A DNA stretch of 64,000 bases from a virus (Duplodnaviria; Caudoviricetes): positions 28,593 to 92,592 of the IMG/VR virus record IMGVR_UViG_2908873634_000001; one strand, 5' to 3'. A model generated the notes under the pieces. That model did no database searches and was not told where the DNA came from. It saw nothing but the letters and a program-made list of their open reading frames with translations. Both the position numbers and the translations under genes were made by a program. Below, piece by piece: positions 33,068 through 44,061 of the stretch. Position 1 is the first letter of the stretch. The number at the start of each line of letters is the position of its first letter.

Positions 33068-33487
33068 GTCGAACACTCCGGAGGTTGTGGCCGCTGGCGT
33101 AGCGGCGGGGCGGTTTTCCTGGTCGTACTTGAGGAGGGTCTGTCCGCAGCCGCACGCACAGTCGATGGCTACGTTGGGTTCATCCGGGTTACGCAGATCG
33201 GTTCGCTTTCGGTGTTCCAGCGCATGGTGTGCCCGGCTGGATTTGACCGAGAGGTTTTCGGGGCGGTTGTCGGTCTTTACGTGGTTCTTGTGGTGAACCT
33301 GCTCGCCTCGAAGGATTGGTCTGCCTATCACCTGCTCGGCTACGAGGATGTGCTCGTACACGTAGCCGCGTGAGTCGGCGCGGTGGTGGTCCGGCTGCTT
33401 GACCAGTACGTAGCCGCTGGAGGCGATAGTCCGACCGCCCTTCCATTGGTGGTTCCTGGCGCCCGGCTGCGCTCCTTTGCGGGGCAT
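33060..33487 (-). CDS. HNH endonuclease
   Basis: YVYEHILVAEQ..VHHKNHVKTDNRPENL; visibly lower GC. Confidence 0.85.
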
Positions 33488-33501
33488 GGCGGATCTCCTC
33501 T

Positions 33502-33854
33502 CTACTCGGGCCGGCGGGCGGGGCACCGCCGGCCCGGCAAGCTCACTGGCTGGCTCGCGGTGCGGAGGGCGTAGTTCTCGTAGGACTCGGTGTGGCCGTC
33601 CCTGACCGAGGCCGTGAAGTCGGCGGACACCGCAGCGCGGACGAGGCGGCTGGTGGGGTGTTTCGGCATCGGGATCAGCGGCCCGTGGTCGTGGTACACG
33701 GTGGGCAGCGGGATTGGCGTGGGGACTCTGCGCCAACGAGGAGGGGTTCTCCTGTGTCCGAGTAGCGGCCGTTCCAGGTCCATTCGACGCCGATGACGTC
33801 GATGAAGCCGGCGTCCAGGTCGAATTCGGTGCCGTCGTGCAGGTAGGTGTTCAT
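33502..33854 (-). CDS. phiSA1p31-like hypothetical protein (frameshifted)
   Basis: DLDAGFIDVIGVEWTW..PLPTVYHDHGPL. Confidence 0.5.
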
Positions 33855-34069
33855 GCGGGCCTGCCGGGGATCCAGCCGGGGTAGCTGGCGTCGGTGGAGA
33901 CGGGGGCGGTGGGGTGGGTGACGAGCTGGATGGCCTCGGCGTTGGCGACGTACTCGGCTTCGTCCCAGTCCTTTGCGGCGGTGTGGCGGGCGCGGAGTTC
34001 AAGGAGGACGGCTTCGGCGGCGACCTGCTCGGGCGGGATGTCGAGGAGTTCGATGCCGGTGGCGTTCAT
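33851..34069 (-). CDS. Hypothetical protein
   Basis: Clean ORF, ATGA coupling. Confidence 0.6.
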   Translation of the reverse strand: MNATGIELLDIPPEQVAAEAVLLELRARHTAAKDWDEAEYVANAEAIQLVTHPTAPVSTDASYPGWIPGRPA

Positions 34070-34331
34070 GCGGCACGCCCCAGGTGCTCGGTGTGGGCGA
34101 TGTCGGCCTGGAGGTCGTTGATGTCGGCGGTTTCGCGGCGGATCTCCAGGACGCGGGCGTAGTAGCCGGCGGCGTACATGGGGTTGTGGTGTTCAGCGTT
34201 GTAGGCGGCGCGGGTGTTGAGGGTGTCGAGGGGGTGCCGGTCTGGTGGTCGTCGTAGGCGTCGGCGCGGCCGGCGTAGAAGTTGGGGTCCTGGTTGCCGG
34301 TGATGGCGGTGGTGAGGGTCATGAGGCTCAT
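34066..34331 (-). CDS. Hypothetical protein (frameshifted)
   Basis: FYAGRADAYDD..YAAGY. Confidence 0.55.
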
Positions 34332-34351
34332 GGCGTGTGCTCCTTCGCGGG

Positions 34352-34833
34352 TCAGGCGGCGCGCTGGCGGGGAAACGGGACACAGCGGTGGGGCTGGTGG
34401 TGCGCTGGGTGGGGACGCCGGTGGTGCGGGCCGTGTTGGCGGCTGCGGTGCGGAGGCGGTCGGTGATCTCGTCGCGGGTGGGCGGCGTCTTGCGGCCGAT
34501 GGGCGGGGTGGCCGTCCAGTTGGAGATGTGCTCGATGTAGTCGGGGATCTCGACGCCGTCGTCGGTGAGGGTGGTGCAGGGCTCGGTGTCGAGGACGGCG
34601 GAGATGGCGTGGAGGAGCTGCATGGTGGGGGCGCTGTTCTCGATGAGGCGGAGGGAGGCGGCCTCGTCGTCGAAGAACGCGCGGGGCGGGGTGCAGCGTT
34701 CGGCGGTGATGTAGGCGAGGGCGGCAATGTCGATGTCGCCGGTGTCGTGGCCGATGAGCTGCTCGCCGGTGTGGAGGCCGTGCGCGGTGATGTAGGTGGC
34801 CATGGCGGTGAGGTCGGCGGTGAGTGTGGGCAT
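34352..34833 (-). CDS. Hypothetical protein (possibly DUF6197-like)
   Basis: ATYITAHGLHTGEQ..DYIEHISNW..EITDRLRTAA. Confidence 0.6.
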
Positions 34834-34936
34834 GGGTGTCTCCCGGCGGGTGTGGCGGGTGTTGGTGCGGGTCTTGTCGGCCCGGCCGCAGGGACGGAGG
34901 GGTGTCGACCTGGGGCCGGGCCGTGCTGTGGGGTGC

Positions 34937-35270
34937 CTAGTCCTCGACGGGGTGGGGTGGTCGTCGGCGCAGTCCGTGCACTGGAGGCGGGGAGGTTGTA
35001 GGTGCTGGTCTCGACGACGATGAGGCCGGGGGGTGTGGGTGTCGAAGATGGCGGTGCAGTAGCAGTGCGGGCAGGCGCACTTGGTGATTCGCCGCTGGCC
35101 GGAGGGGATGCCGGCGGCGAGGCGGCGGCGGCCATGAGGAAGGCGTATGGTGGCGTCGCGGGTGTTGTCGGCCTGCTCCATGAAGGAGTCGAAGTGGGCC
35201 TGGTGGGTGGGGCCGAGCTTGTTGTAGTCGGCGAGTGCGGGGTGTTGCGGGCAGGGCTGTACACGCTCAT
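34937..35270 (-). CDS. Cys-rich hypothetical protein, first gene after operator copy 2 (frameshifted)
   Basis: AGGAG RBS; KCACPHCYCTAIFD..CTDC. Confidence 0.55.
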
Positions 35271-35337
35271 GGCGGTGCTCCTGGATTGGTAACTCGACGC
35301 TTGCCCGGTGTTGGGCTGGCGCCTTGTCGGCTCCTCC

Positions 35338-35374
35338 AGATTAGGACTTACCTGTTGCGTGCGCAACAGGTAAG
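35338..35374 (-). promoter_or_regulatory. Promoter TTGCGC-N17-TAATCT under a palindromic operator (copy 2)
   Basis: CTTACCTGTTGCG-TG-CGCAACAGGTAAG at 35347-35374. Confidence 0.8.
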
Positions 35375-35391
35375 CGGGATTGAGTACAGAA

Positions 35392-35422
35392 AGCCCCGCC
35401 TCCGCAGAAGGGAGACGGGGCT
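35392..35422 (-). terminator. Terminator upstream of operator copy 2
   Basis: AGCCCCGCCTCC..GGAGACGGGGCT hairpin followed by TTTC on the minus strand. Confidence 0.6.
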
Positions 35423-35450
35423 GGGTACGGGACGCCCTGGCAGTGGGGTG

Positions 35451-35732
35451 TCAGGGGATGGTGCCGGTGGCTCCGGCGGCGCGGGTGGCCAGGAGTTCGG
35501 AGTAGGTGTGGTTGACCCATGCCGCATGGGGGACGAGGAGGTCGGAGTAGGACACGTACACGCGGCCGTTGATCTTCGTGGTCCGCAAGCCGAAGTCTTG
35601 TACCCACCGGCGCATGGTCGTCTCGGGCGGCGGCTTGTGGCCTGTCTCGGCGAAGAGCCGGCGGGCTTCTTGGTACTTGACCAGGCCGCGCGGGATCTGG
35701 CTGGCGCGGGGCTGGGCGATGCTGATGGCCAT
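35451..35732 (-). CDS. MerR/excisionase-like HTH protein
   Basis: LVKYQEARRLF..ETTMRRWV..GRVYVSYSDL. Confidence 0.65.
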   Translation of the reverse strand: MAISIAQPRASQIPRGLVKYQEARRLFAETGHKPPPETTMRRWVQDFGLRTTKINGRVYVSYSDLLVPHAAWVNHTYSELLATRAAGATGTIP

Positions 35733-35878
35733 GGCGGCCTCCCGGGTTTCGGCGGGCCGTCGTTCGCAGCTCCGGCGGCCGATGCGGGTGGTGGTGCGGG
35801 TTGCTGAGGCGGTGGAAAGGTCCGCTTCAGGTGATGAGGGTGTACGGGTGGACAGTTCCTAGACTCGCGAGGTGCCCG

Positions 35879-36421
35879 TCAGGTTGCACGGACCGCCGCG
35901 CGAGTTCTGCGATTGATGTAGTGGCGGGCGACCTGTTCGAGCGTCCAGGTGGTCGGCTCGCCATTGTTGTCGGCGCAGTGTTCGTTGAGGCAGGCCACGA
36001 CCTCGTTGTCCCTGTCCCAGTGCAGGCCGTAGGTGTGGCAGCGGCGGCAGGGTGCGGGCGGACGACCTTGTGGTCGCCCATGAGGATGGCGTGCTCCAGG
36101 CCCTGCCGGTAGATGAGGGCGTCCCGGGCCTTCTGGCGTTCCTCGTCGAGGTTGGCGGTTTCCTCGACCATCCACCGGTAGACGTCCTCGGCGTCGGCCG
36201 GGGCGGGGCGGTGACTGGCTGGCCGGCGCGGAGCTCCTTGGTCGTCTCGACGGCCTCGGTGACGGCCTGGGTCATGTAGTCGACGAGCTCGAGGTTGAGG
36301 GGGCCTGGGCTTCGGTGGCCGTGGCGGTGCGGCGGCCGGTGCGCCTGGTCCCGCTGGGGGCCAGGTATTCGGTGCGCAGGATGCGAAGTGCGTTGGCTGC
36401 GTTGATGTCCCCACTGTCCAA
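35879..36421 (-). CDS. Hypothetical protein with Zn ribbon (frameshifted)
   Basis: ALRILRTEY..PLNLELVDYM..CRRCHTYGLHW. Confidence 0.6.
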
Positions 36422-36646
36422 TGTACTGTCCCCGTCCGCTGTGCGGCCCCGTGAGGCGCGGTGCGTGACGGTGTGCCAGGGACGCGCGCCCGGGGCCGGA
36501 GTGTTCACTCCGGGTGGTTCCGGACGCCTCATCGTGGCACAAGTGGGGCGGTTGTTGACAGCGCTGTGTACGGATCGGTCAACTCCGCGCGATCATGGTG
36601 CCGGGGGTTCTCCCGATCCGTCCGCATTCTCCATCGGCATGTGCGT

Positions 36647-37007
36647 CTAGAGGAGTTCGGGGGCGTTCCTCATCTGGGTGAGCATGCCGGTCAGGGTCTG
36701 CCACTGCTCGTCGTCGACGACGCCTTGGTGGCGGGCGCCGTCGACGAGGAGGAGGACGGTTTCCATGGTGGTGTCGTAGACGGCGGCGGTCTCGCGGTCG
36801 GTGAGGGACCGGTCGGTGAGGCCGAAGGCGGCTTCGACGGTGAGGGCGAGCTCGAGCGCTGGCCCGCCGGAGACGGCGGGTGTGTGCTGGACGCCGGGGG
36901 CCGGGGTGGGGCGTTTGCGGCGCAGGAGCCGGTCGGCGAGGTGGATGACGGATCCGCCGTGGTGGCCGGGGGTCCGTCGTGGGGCACGGGGCGTGTGCTG
37001 AGGGCAT
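36647..37007 (-). CDS. Hypothetical protein (start uncertain)
   Basis: SLTDRETAAVYDTTM..LTGML. Confidence 0.55.
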
Positions 37008-37386
37008 GGGGCGTCTCCGCCCTGGGCAGTAGAGGGAAGGGCCGCGGCCGTGAGACTCCCCAGTCCGGGTCGCGGTTCTGAGGTGACTGCCTGAACCTCA
37101 GATCTGCCACTGTGCACTCATTCTGTGCTGGTGGCGAGGTCGGATGCTGCTCTTCACGGCACCTTAACTCGACAAAAGCCGCATTTAAGGTGGTGTGGTG
37201 ATGGTTTGTCCGGAACTCGCGGGTAGACCGGGGCCGGGCATGCCAAAGCCCCCACAAGCACGGGACGGAGTTTCGCCGACAACGCCAAGGCTTGCGGGGC
37301 TTAGAAGACCTCACGGGCACGCCCGTCAGATGACGGTGATTGTAGCCAGACAGCTCACCACGGGCATAGCCCTTAGCCGGTTTCGG

Positions 37387-38539
37387 TCAGCCCGTCGCCG
37401 AAGGCGCCTGGGCGGCCTGGAGACGAGTGAGGAGGATCTGCCGCTGCTCGGGCGTCATCCGCTGGACGATGATGTCCGCCACGGCCGCGCCGTCGCTCCA
37501 GGGGATGGCGAGACCGACGACGCGCGGAGGCTGCTCTGCCCACGGCTCCGCACCTGACGGCTCCGCCGACTGGGCCGGCTCGTCGGGCTCCGGACGAGGG
37601 TCGGGCACAGGCGCGAGGTGCTGAGCGGAAGTCGGCGTGCTCGAGGGCTTCATTACGTCGTGATGACGAGCCTCAGGCGCGGGGGAGGCTGGTCGGCTTC
37701 CCGCTCCGGCTGACTCTGCTCGGGCTGAGTCGCCGGGGAGGCCGGAGGGTCGCAGGTGTGTATACCGCGGTATACACACCTGTGGTTCCAGGCTCGGTGC
37801 CCGGGTCGTCAGTCTCCTTGCCCGAGGAAGCGACTGGCGCGGCCGGAGGGCGGCTTGGTGACTCTGCCGAGCGCCGCGCCTTCTCGAGGTCGGCCTGCCA
37901 TGCGGCCATCTGCTGATCCGGGGCATCGCCGCGTACCTGCGCATCTCGCGGAACGCGGTGAGCTCTCCGTCCCGTACGGCCTGCTGCATCTCGGGGCTCA
38001 GGCGCAGGATCCCGATGCGCTGGCTGAACCACTGCCGCGACTTGGAGAGCCGGGTCGCCGCGTCGGTCTGGTTGCCGCCGGACATCTCAAGCATGCGCTG
38101 GAGACCAAAAGCTTCCTCGATGTAGTTGAAGTTCTTCCGCTCGATGTTCTCGGCGAGGACAGCGGCGAGGAACTTCGCCGGCGTCTCGGCGATGTCCTGT
38201 CGGATGTGGAGGTCGAGGGTGGGCAGGCCGACTTCGAGAGCGGCCCGCCAGCGGCGTTCGCCGGCCGCCATGACGTACTTACACGACGGAAGTTCCTCGG
38301 CATGCTCAGGAAAAGCCCGAGGTACTTCGCTCGGGGATGGCGACGCAGGGGCGAGCTGGCCGCTCTTCATGCTCGTGCCGAGCTCGACGAGTGTTTCCTT
38401 GTCGAAGTCGATGCGAGGGTTGAGCGGGTGGGGCTACGTCGCTGGGTGCAACGTGCACCAGAGCGGGGCGGGTGATGCCGGGGACGGTTTCGACCTTGGC
38501 GCCGGCAAGGGAGGAGAGAGCAACGCGCTGGCCGGCCAT
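37387..38539 (-). CDS. parB: ParB partition protein (frameshifted)
   Basis: AAGERRWRAA, ENIERKNFNYIEEA, HTH NQTDAATRLSKSRQWFSQRI. Confidence 0.9.
37753..37782. promoter_or_regulatory. parS candidate inside parB
   Basis: Perfect 30-bp palindrome CAGGTGTGTATACCGCGGTATACACACCTG. Confidence 0.75.
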
Positions 38540-39197
38540 CAGCGGGTGCCTCCGTACCCCGCTCCAGGGCGAGCTTGAAGTAGTCCTCGCGGGCTCGCAG
38601 CGTAGTTCCGCTGTCGGGGTACTGCGTGACGACCTTGCCCTCGGCCGCCGCCCTCGTGTGAATCTTGTATCGGCGGATCACGGTGTTAGCCCGCGGCCAG
38701 CCCTGTGCCTCGATGTACTCGATCGTCTCGTCCCTGTCGGCCTTGCCGTCGCGAGGGTCCCAGTTGTTGACGACGACCTTGTAGGGGAGTTCCCGGGGAG
38801 GATGACCTGCTCGATGGTGCGGGCGGTCGGGTCGAAGGCGAGCGGCTCGGGGAAGAGGGACGAGGACGTCGTCGGCGACGTCCAGAGCGGCCATGAGGAT
38901 GTGTTCGTTCTCGAGGCTGCCGGGGGTGTCAACGAAAATGTGCAGGCGCTGATCTGAATCGCCGAGGACTTCTTGGGTGACAGCAGCCAGGTTGACGGTC
39001 GTGGTGGTCTTGCCGACGCCGCCCTTCTGGTTACAGATGACGTGGATCTGCGCGCCGGTGTCCTTCAGGTACTTCAGGCTGCCGGGGTCGTCGTGAGCTG
39101 TGGCGAAGTCGAACGGCAGAGCGATGCCGACGCGATCCGCCCACCAGACGGTGGACCCTTGTGGGTCGGTGGATACGACGAGGATGGAGGAAGCCAT
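38539..39197 (-). CDS. parA: ParA ATPase with permuted motif order
   Basis: STDPQGS, then NQKGGVGKTT, then FVDTPGS; VVNNWD; coupled to parB by TGATG. Confidence 0.9.
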
Positions 39198-39315
39198 GGT
39201 TGTGCTCCGTTTCCGTGTGCTTCCCGAGCTGTGCTCGGTACTCGGACCGGGACAGGATGGCAGATGATCGAACCGGACATTTGCATTGGGTCCGTGAACG
39301 CAGGACACGAGCCGC

Positions 39316-39335
39316 CCGTATACCGCGGTATACGG
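39316..39335. promoter_or_regulatory. parS candidate upstream of parA
   Basis: Perfect palindrome CCGTATACCGCGGTATACGG with the same 16-bp core. Confidence 0.75.
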
Positions 39336-39478
39336 CTAGATGATCCGCTCAGTCACTGGGTCTGGTAGGTTCAGGACACCGGACAACTGGCAACCGGGTG
39401 GGTACGTCCCGCGAAGGGCTCTAACGAACCCGGCTAGTGCAAAGCCGCCCTTCGGGGCGGCTTCTGCCTTCGAGGGGT

Positions 39479-40666
39479 TCAGGCAACGCCGAACAGCCGC
39501 CGAGGTTCCCGGCCTCCCTGGGTAATCCGGTCGGTGCAGGCGTAGAGCCGGGCGGCCTGGATGCTGGCCTCAATCCCCGAGACCGGCTGCTGATCCGGCT
39601 GGTGCTCAAGCTGGGCGAGGTACTCGGCGTGCTCCTCGGGCGGAAGTTGACGGGCAGCGAGGGCGGCGTCCTGCCGGGCGCGGGCAGCGGCAACGCGCTG
39701 GGTGAACTCAGTCTGGCTCTCTTCCTCGACTCGGTGTGCCTAGTGGGCGGCAAGAGCCAGCCGGTACCTGGCGGAAGTAGCCTCCCGGCTCCAGACCGGG
39801 CCCGCAAGGACGTTCACCCGGCCTGCCGCAGGGCGGGGGCGACACCGGTCGTCCGGCACGTTCGGCGCGGGCCCGCAGGATCGCGGCAATGCGGGTGGCG
39901 TCGTTGGCCTGGCGCTGCTGGGCGCGAATCTCCTCCAGCGACGTCGGCGTCTGGTCCTCCTGGTCCTCGTCGGTGTCGGGGAAGGCGCGGGCGCCGAGGC
40001 CGAGGCGGACCTGCTCCTGGCGGTCGACGGCGGCGGCCAGGGCCGGGTCCTGCTGGAACGGCGTCCACGCCTCGTGGTGGAGGGCAAGCACGCGCCGGAA
40101 TCCGGCGGAGGCGTTCTCGCGGGTCTTTACCGGCCCGGCCGGCTCGGCCGCCGTCTTCCCGGACGCGGGCGCGGGGCCGGGGTGGCGGGGAGTGTGCCGG
40201 GCTGGCGGACGCGGACCGTGCGCACGGCGGCCGCGCCCGACGTCTCGTTGGCGGCGGTGATGATCCGGGGGTCATCAGGCGGAGCTGGGTGGCGTAGGCG
40301 GGTGAGTCGGGCAGCAGGTCGAGCTGCCCGGTCTCCGGGTCAAAGCCCACGGCGGTGGTGTGGGCGGCGAGGCGGGGGCGATGGTGGCGGCGATGTCGGG
40401 CCAGCGGTCCAGGATGCTGCCGCCGGCGGCCGGGACGTCCCAGCCCCGGTCGGCCAGCAGGCTCTGAAAAGCACCGACGAGTCCGACGGGGCACGTCCGT
40501 GGTACTGGATGGACGCCTTCTTCTTCGGACGGCGGGCCGGGCCGGGCCGGTCGTCGCCGCGCTTCTTGGCGTCCTGGCGGGCGCGCTGGAGCATGAGGCG
40601 GGCTAGGTCGGCCCCCGACATTCCGGAGCCGGTGTCGGCGGTGGTGGTCTGGGTGGTCTCGGTCAT
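39479..40666 (-). CDS. DUF721/DciA-family protein with C-terminal extension (frameshifted)
   Basis: SGADLARLML..GGSILDRWPDIA..GQLDLLPDSPAYATQLRL. Confidence 0.7.
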
Positions 40667-40678
40667 GGTCGATGCCTC

Positions 40679-42131
40679 CTAGGCGCCGAAGTTGAGGCTG
40701 GTCACGGAACTGCGGCGGAACTGGTCGATCCGGCGGGCACGATCCATCAGTTCGGAGCCGTAGACGCGCAGGGCCTCGTCGTAGCCGCAGCCGTGGATGG
40801 TGTCGGTGATCAGGCTGGTGACGCCGGCCTCGAGCTCGGCCAGGGCGGCGGCGCGCATGCCCTCGAACTCGCTGTCGCCGACCTTGTAGACGGCCGCGCC
40901 CGGGCCCGAGGCGTCGTCGGGGAGGTCTTGGACGACCGGCCGCGAGAAGCTTTTGAGCCGGGCGACGGCGCCGTCGACCTCGCTGCGCACCGCGCGGCTG
41001 GCCGGGGTGTGCCAGTCGCCCTCGTAGCGCTCGCGCTCGGCCCGCACCCGCTCGATGTCGTGACGCCGCTGGGCTTCCTGGGCACCACGCCACTGGGCGA
41101 CGGCGTCGGCGCGCTTGGCCGGGGTGTCGAGGACGTTCTCAGCGTTCGTGAGCAGGACGGCGAGCAGGCCGGAGCTGCGGTGGACCCGCTGGGCGGTGCC
41201 GCGCAGGTGCAGCCACGCCAGGACCTCGGTCACCGTCCATCCGGCGTCGGCGAGCTCCCGGGCCACCCAGGCGATGCGGGGCACCGAGCAGCCGCGCAGC
41301 CACTCCACCTGCTGGTGAGCTCCCGGCCGAGCTGGTAGCGGCGGCCGATGACGTTCAGCTTGCGGCGGCCCTTCGTCTTCCGCCCACCGGTCTTCGCCCT
41401 GCTCCTCCTCTTGGTGTCCGACTCGCTCTGCCCGCTTGCGAGCTTGCTCTCAGGGGGATAAGTACCAGCCGCAGAAGAAGACGTAGAGGAACCACCCTCC
41501 ATTGGGGTGCAACGCGCCTTGCTGTCCACAGGCTTATACACACCCTGCTTTGTCCGCTTCTTCCGGATCTTGCGGGTGGCCTTGCGGGCGAGGTCTCCGA
41601 TGACGCTGCGGCCCGCCTCGGCGATCCCGACTGCGGTCCGCGTGTAGGTGGGGCGGTCTCGTCGCGCAGCACGGTCCGGATCCCGAGGGCCTGATCGAAC
41701 TGGGCGGGGATGACTCGCTCGTACACCGACGCGAGACGGACCCGGCCCGCGAGACGGGTGCCCTTGGAGCGGTAGACGAGGAGCCCGGCGGCCCGCAGGT
41801 GCGCCAGGTGGTACTGCACGGTCCGCTCGGAGACGCCGAGCTTCCGCGCGAGGTAGTCGATGCTCGGCCGGCACTCGGTGAGCGCCGCGATCTCCTGGGC
41901 GATGGCGACGGTCGTCGGGCCCCACTTCGGGCCGTGTCCGGGTTCTTGGTCGTACAGGCCGCAACCGGCGATCCAGTGGACGGCCTGCATCCAGGAGTAG
42001 GCCTCGGGGGCGATCCGGCCGGTGGTGGTGTCGATCCACTGATCGGCCTCGGTGACACGGAAGGCCACGAGGGCGGGGGTCTGCTGGCCCTGAGTGCCAT
42101 CCGACTGGGGGAGATAAGCCGCGAAACGCAC
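40679..42131 (-). CDS. Streptomyces plasmid replication initiator with wHTH (frameshifted)
   Basis: CRPSIDYLARKLGVSERTVQYHLAHLRAAGLL; heads the DciA-parA-parB cluster. Confidence 0.7.
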
Positions 42132-42422
42132 TTTGAGGCGCGCTCAAGCTGACAAGAGGTATGCGCGTGCTGCACTATGTACCTGCCTTCCTGGTTGGAC
42201 CTGGGAATGCAAAAGCCCCGTTTCGGTGGGGCTGGGTTCCGGAAGAACCTGAAGTCGCTCGAACGCTTGATCCGTCGCCAAACGGGTCACGAGGTTCGGG
42301 CCTTAGCTCGGACGCCATATCCGAGCCGTAGGAAGTGGCCGCGCACGGTGCGCCAACACCAAGCGGCCGGCGGTAGAGGATGAGCCCCGCCAAGGGGCCC
42401 ACGGACCTCCCGCCCGAGAGCG

Positions 42423-42797
42423 CTACGTCATCTGATCGTCCTCACTAGGTGCGGTCTGCTTGCCATCGCCAGCTCGGGAGATCACTCGAAGCGAGGCGAG
42501 GCTGGTCTCGTCGTCGTACACCACGCGGCCGCCGTTAACGCGCTGCCAGAGATGCACGCCGTCCTCACGCGCTACGCGCATGAGGGGGCCGTATCCGTCC
42601 TCTACGACATCACCGGGCTGCCATCCGTTCTCAAGGATGGTCATGCCAAGGCCGGAGAGTTCGGTGTAGTCGATGCGGGTTCCGCCAGTCAGCTCGAGCT
42701 CGCGGTGCCCTAGGGACTCCACGGTGGCCTCGATGACGATGCGCACGCGTGCGCCAGCGGTCAGCCGTGAGGCAACATCGTCGCCTTGGCCGGTCAT
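42423..42797 (-). CDS. Hypothetical protein
   Basis: Clean 124-aa ORF. Confidence 0.6.
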   Translation of the reverse strand: MTGQGDDVASRLTAGARVRIVIEATVESLGHRELELTGGTRIDYTELSGLGMTILENGWQPGDVVEDGYGPLMRVAREDGVHLWQRVNGGRVVYDDETSLASLRVISRAGDGKQTAPSEDDQMT

Positions 42798-43219
42798 CGC
42801 GTGGTGGTAGTAGGAGTGGTGTGACCCGCGCTGCTCGCCGGTGTGATCTTCACGGCGGTGCGCTGGGTCCCACTGGTCGACGCCCAGGGAGGGCGGCTAC
42901 TCTGGCCCACGTCGGTACTGCCTTTCTCTCTGGCGGCGTGCCGACAAGGCCGGCACCTTCTCGCGTTGTGTGTCGACCACGGCCCCGCTCCTTCGGTGTT
43001 GGTAGCACCGAGGACTACAGCGGGCCTTCATCCTTTCAGGACTCCGGCCGGCGGGCGTCTCGGGCCGACTCATATCTGAGTGGTCGTCTGGCGCCAGGCG
43101 CAGCCTATCTCCTGGGCTCGGCACAGTGCTACCTCTCTCGCGCATTCGGTTCGGCTGTGTCGTACGAGCCGACTAGTCATCAGATAGCCAGGTCATCGGA
43201 CATGCGTACGGTCCACCAC

Positions 43220-43267
43220 CGATGTCCGGAGTTTCTGCACACTAAATAAGGAGTGCCAGCAGGTCAG
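43220..43267 (+). repeat. 48-bp inverted repeat, left copy (candidate recombination site)
   Basis: CGATGTCCGGAGTTTCTGCACACTAAATAAGGAGTGCCAGCAGGTCAG; 46/48 match to the reverse complement of 54637-54684. Confidence 0.9.
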
Positions 43268-43684
43268 GCCGCTCGGCCAGAAGACGGAAGCGGCAGCAAA
43301 AGGAAGAGGGAGAATCCCGGCCGCTGCCGAGGTCGATGACCCGCCCCTCGGCTGCCCGGTCGTCGGCCCGGTGCCGCCGGTCCTTCCGCTTGGCGGCGTG
43401 GTCCTTGCGGCAGTCCGGGCAGTGACAGCCGTAGTACCGGTAGCGGCTGGCGTTGTGGGGCCGTTGGCTCGGCGTGCTTCCCGCCCGCGGGCTTTCGCTT
43501 CCTCAAAGGCCTTCGCGAAGGCGGTGTCGGTGCGGGCGTGGCGGGCGGGGACGTTGCGGTGGACTCCGACGGTGCTGGCGGCGTCTTCCAAGCGGGCGCC
43601 GGTGGTGATCTCGTCGAGGTAGCGCTTCTGGACGGTGGGGGTGAACGGTGAGGGCAGGGCGGGGCGGCCGCGGCCCCTGCTCAC
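43264..43684 (-). CDS. HTH protein with C-terminal Zn motif (frameshifted)
   Basis: GARLEDAASTVGVHRNV; YYGCHCPDC. Confidence 0.6.
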
Positions 43685-44061
43685 TGGTCTCCTCGGGCGG
43701 TGGTGGTGTCGGCGGGGTGGACGACGGCTTGGGAGCGGTCGACCTGGCGGGCCATCTGCGGTACCCGGCGTTGTTGAGGGCAGTTTTCAGGCGTCGGATG
43801 CCGGCCTCGTCCCATTGGGGGTTCTCTACGATTCGGCCGAGGCGGTAGCCGACCGCGAGGGCTTGCTTCCAGACGCGGTCGACGTCGGCCGGGGAAGGTC
43901 GGGGAAGAGGAGGGTGGGGAGTTTGGTGGGCTGGCCGACGACGTCGAGCATGGCGCGGGCGGTGAGGCCGGCGAGGTATTCGCCGTGGCTGGCGGCCTGT
44001 TCGGCCAGGGCCTGGTCGACAGCCACGATGTCGGCGGGGCGGGGTTGGTGGGGTGGGTCAT
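43681..44061 (-). CDS. Hypothetical protein (frameshifted)
   Basis: ARAMLDVVGQPTKLPTLLFPD. Confidence 0.5.
   Translation of the reverse strand: MTHPTNPAPPTSWLSTRPWPNRPPATANTSPASPPAPCSTSSASPPNSPPSSSPTFPGRRRPRLEASPRGRLPPRPNRREPPMGRGRHPTPENCPQQRRVPQMARQVDRSQAVVHPADTTTARGDQ

Noticed and set aside
42800-43215. tRNA or ncRNA in the long intergenic region before rep
   Set aside because: No cloverleaf or T-loop pattern found; probably origin or promoter DNA, but unsupported
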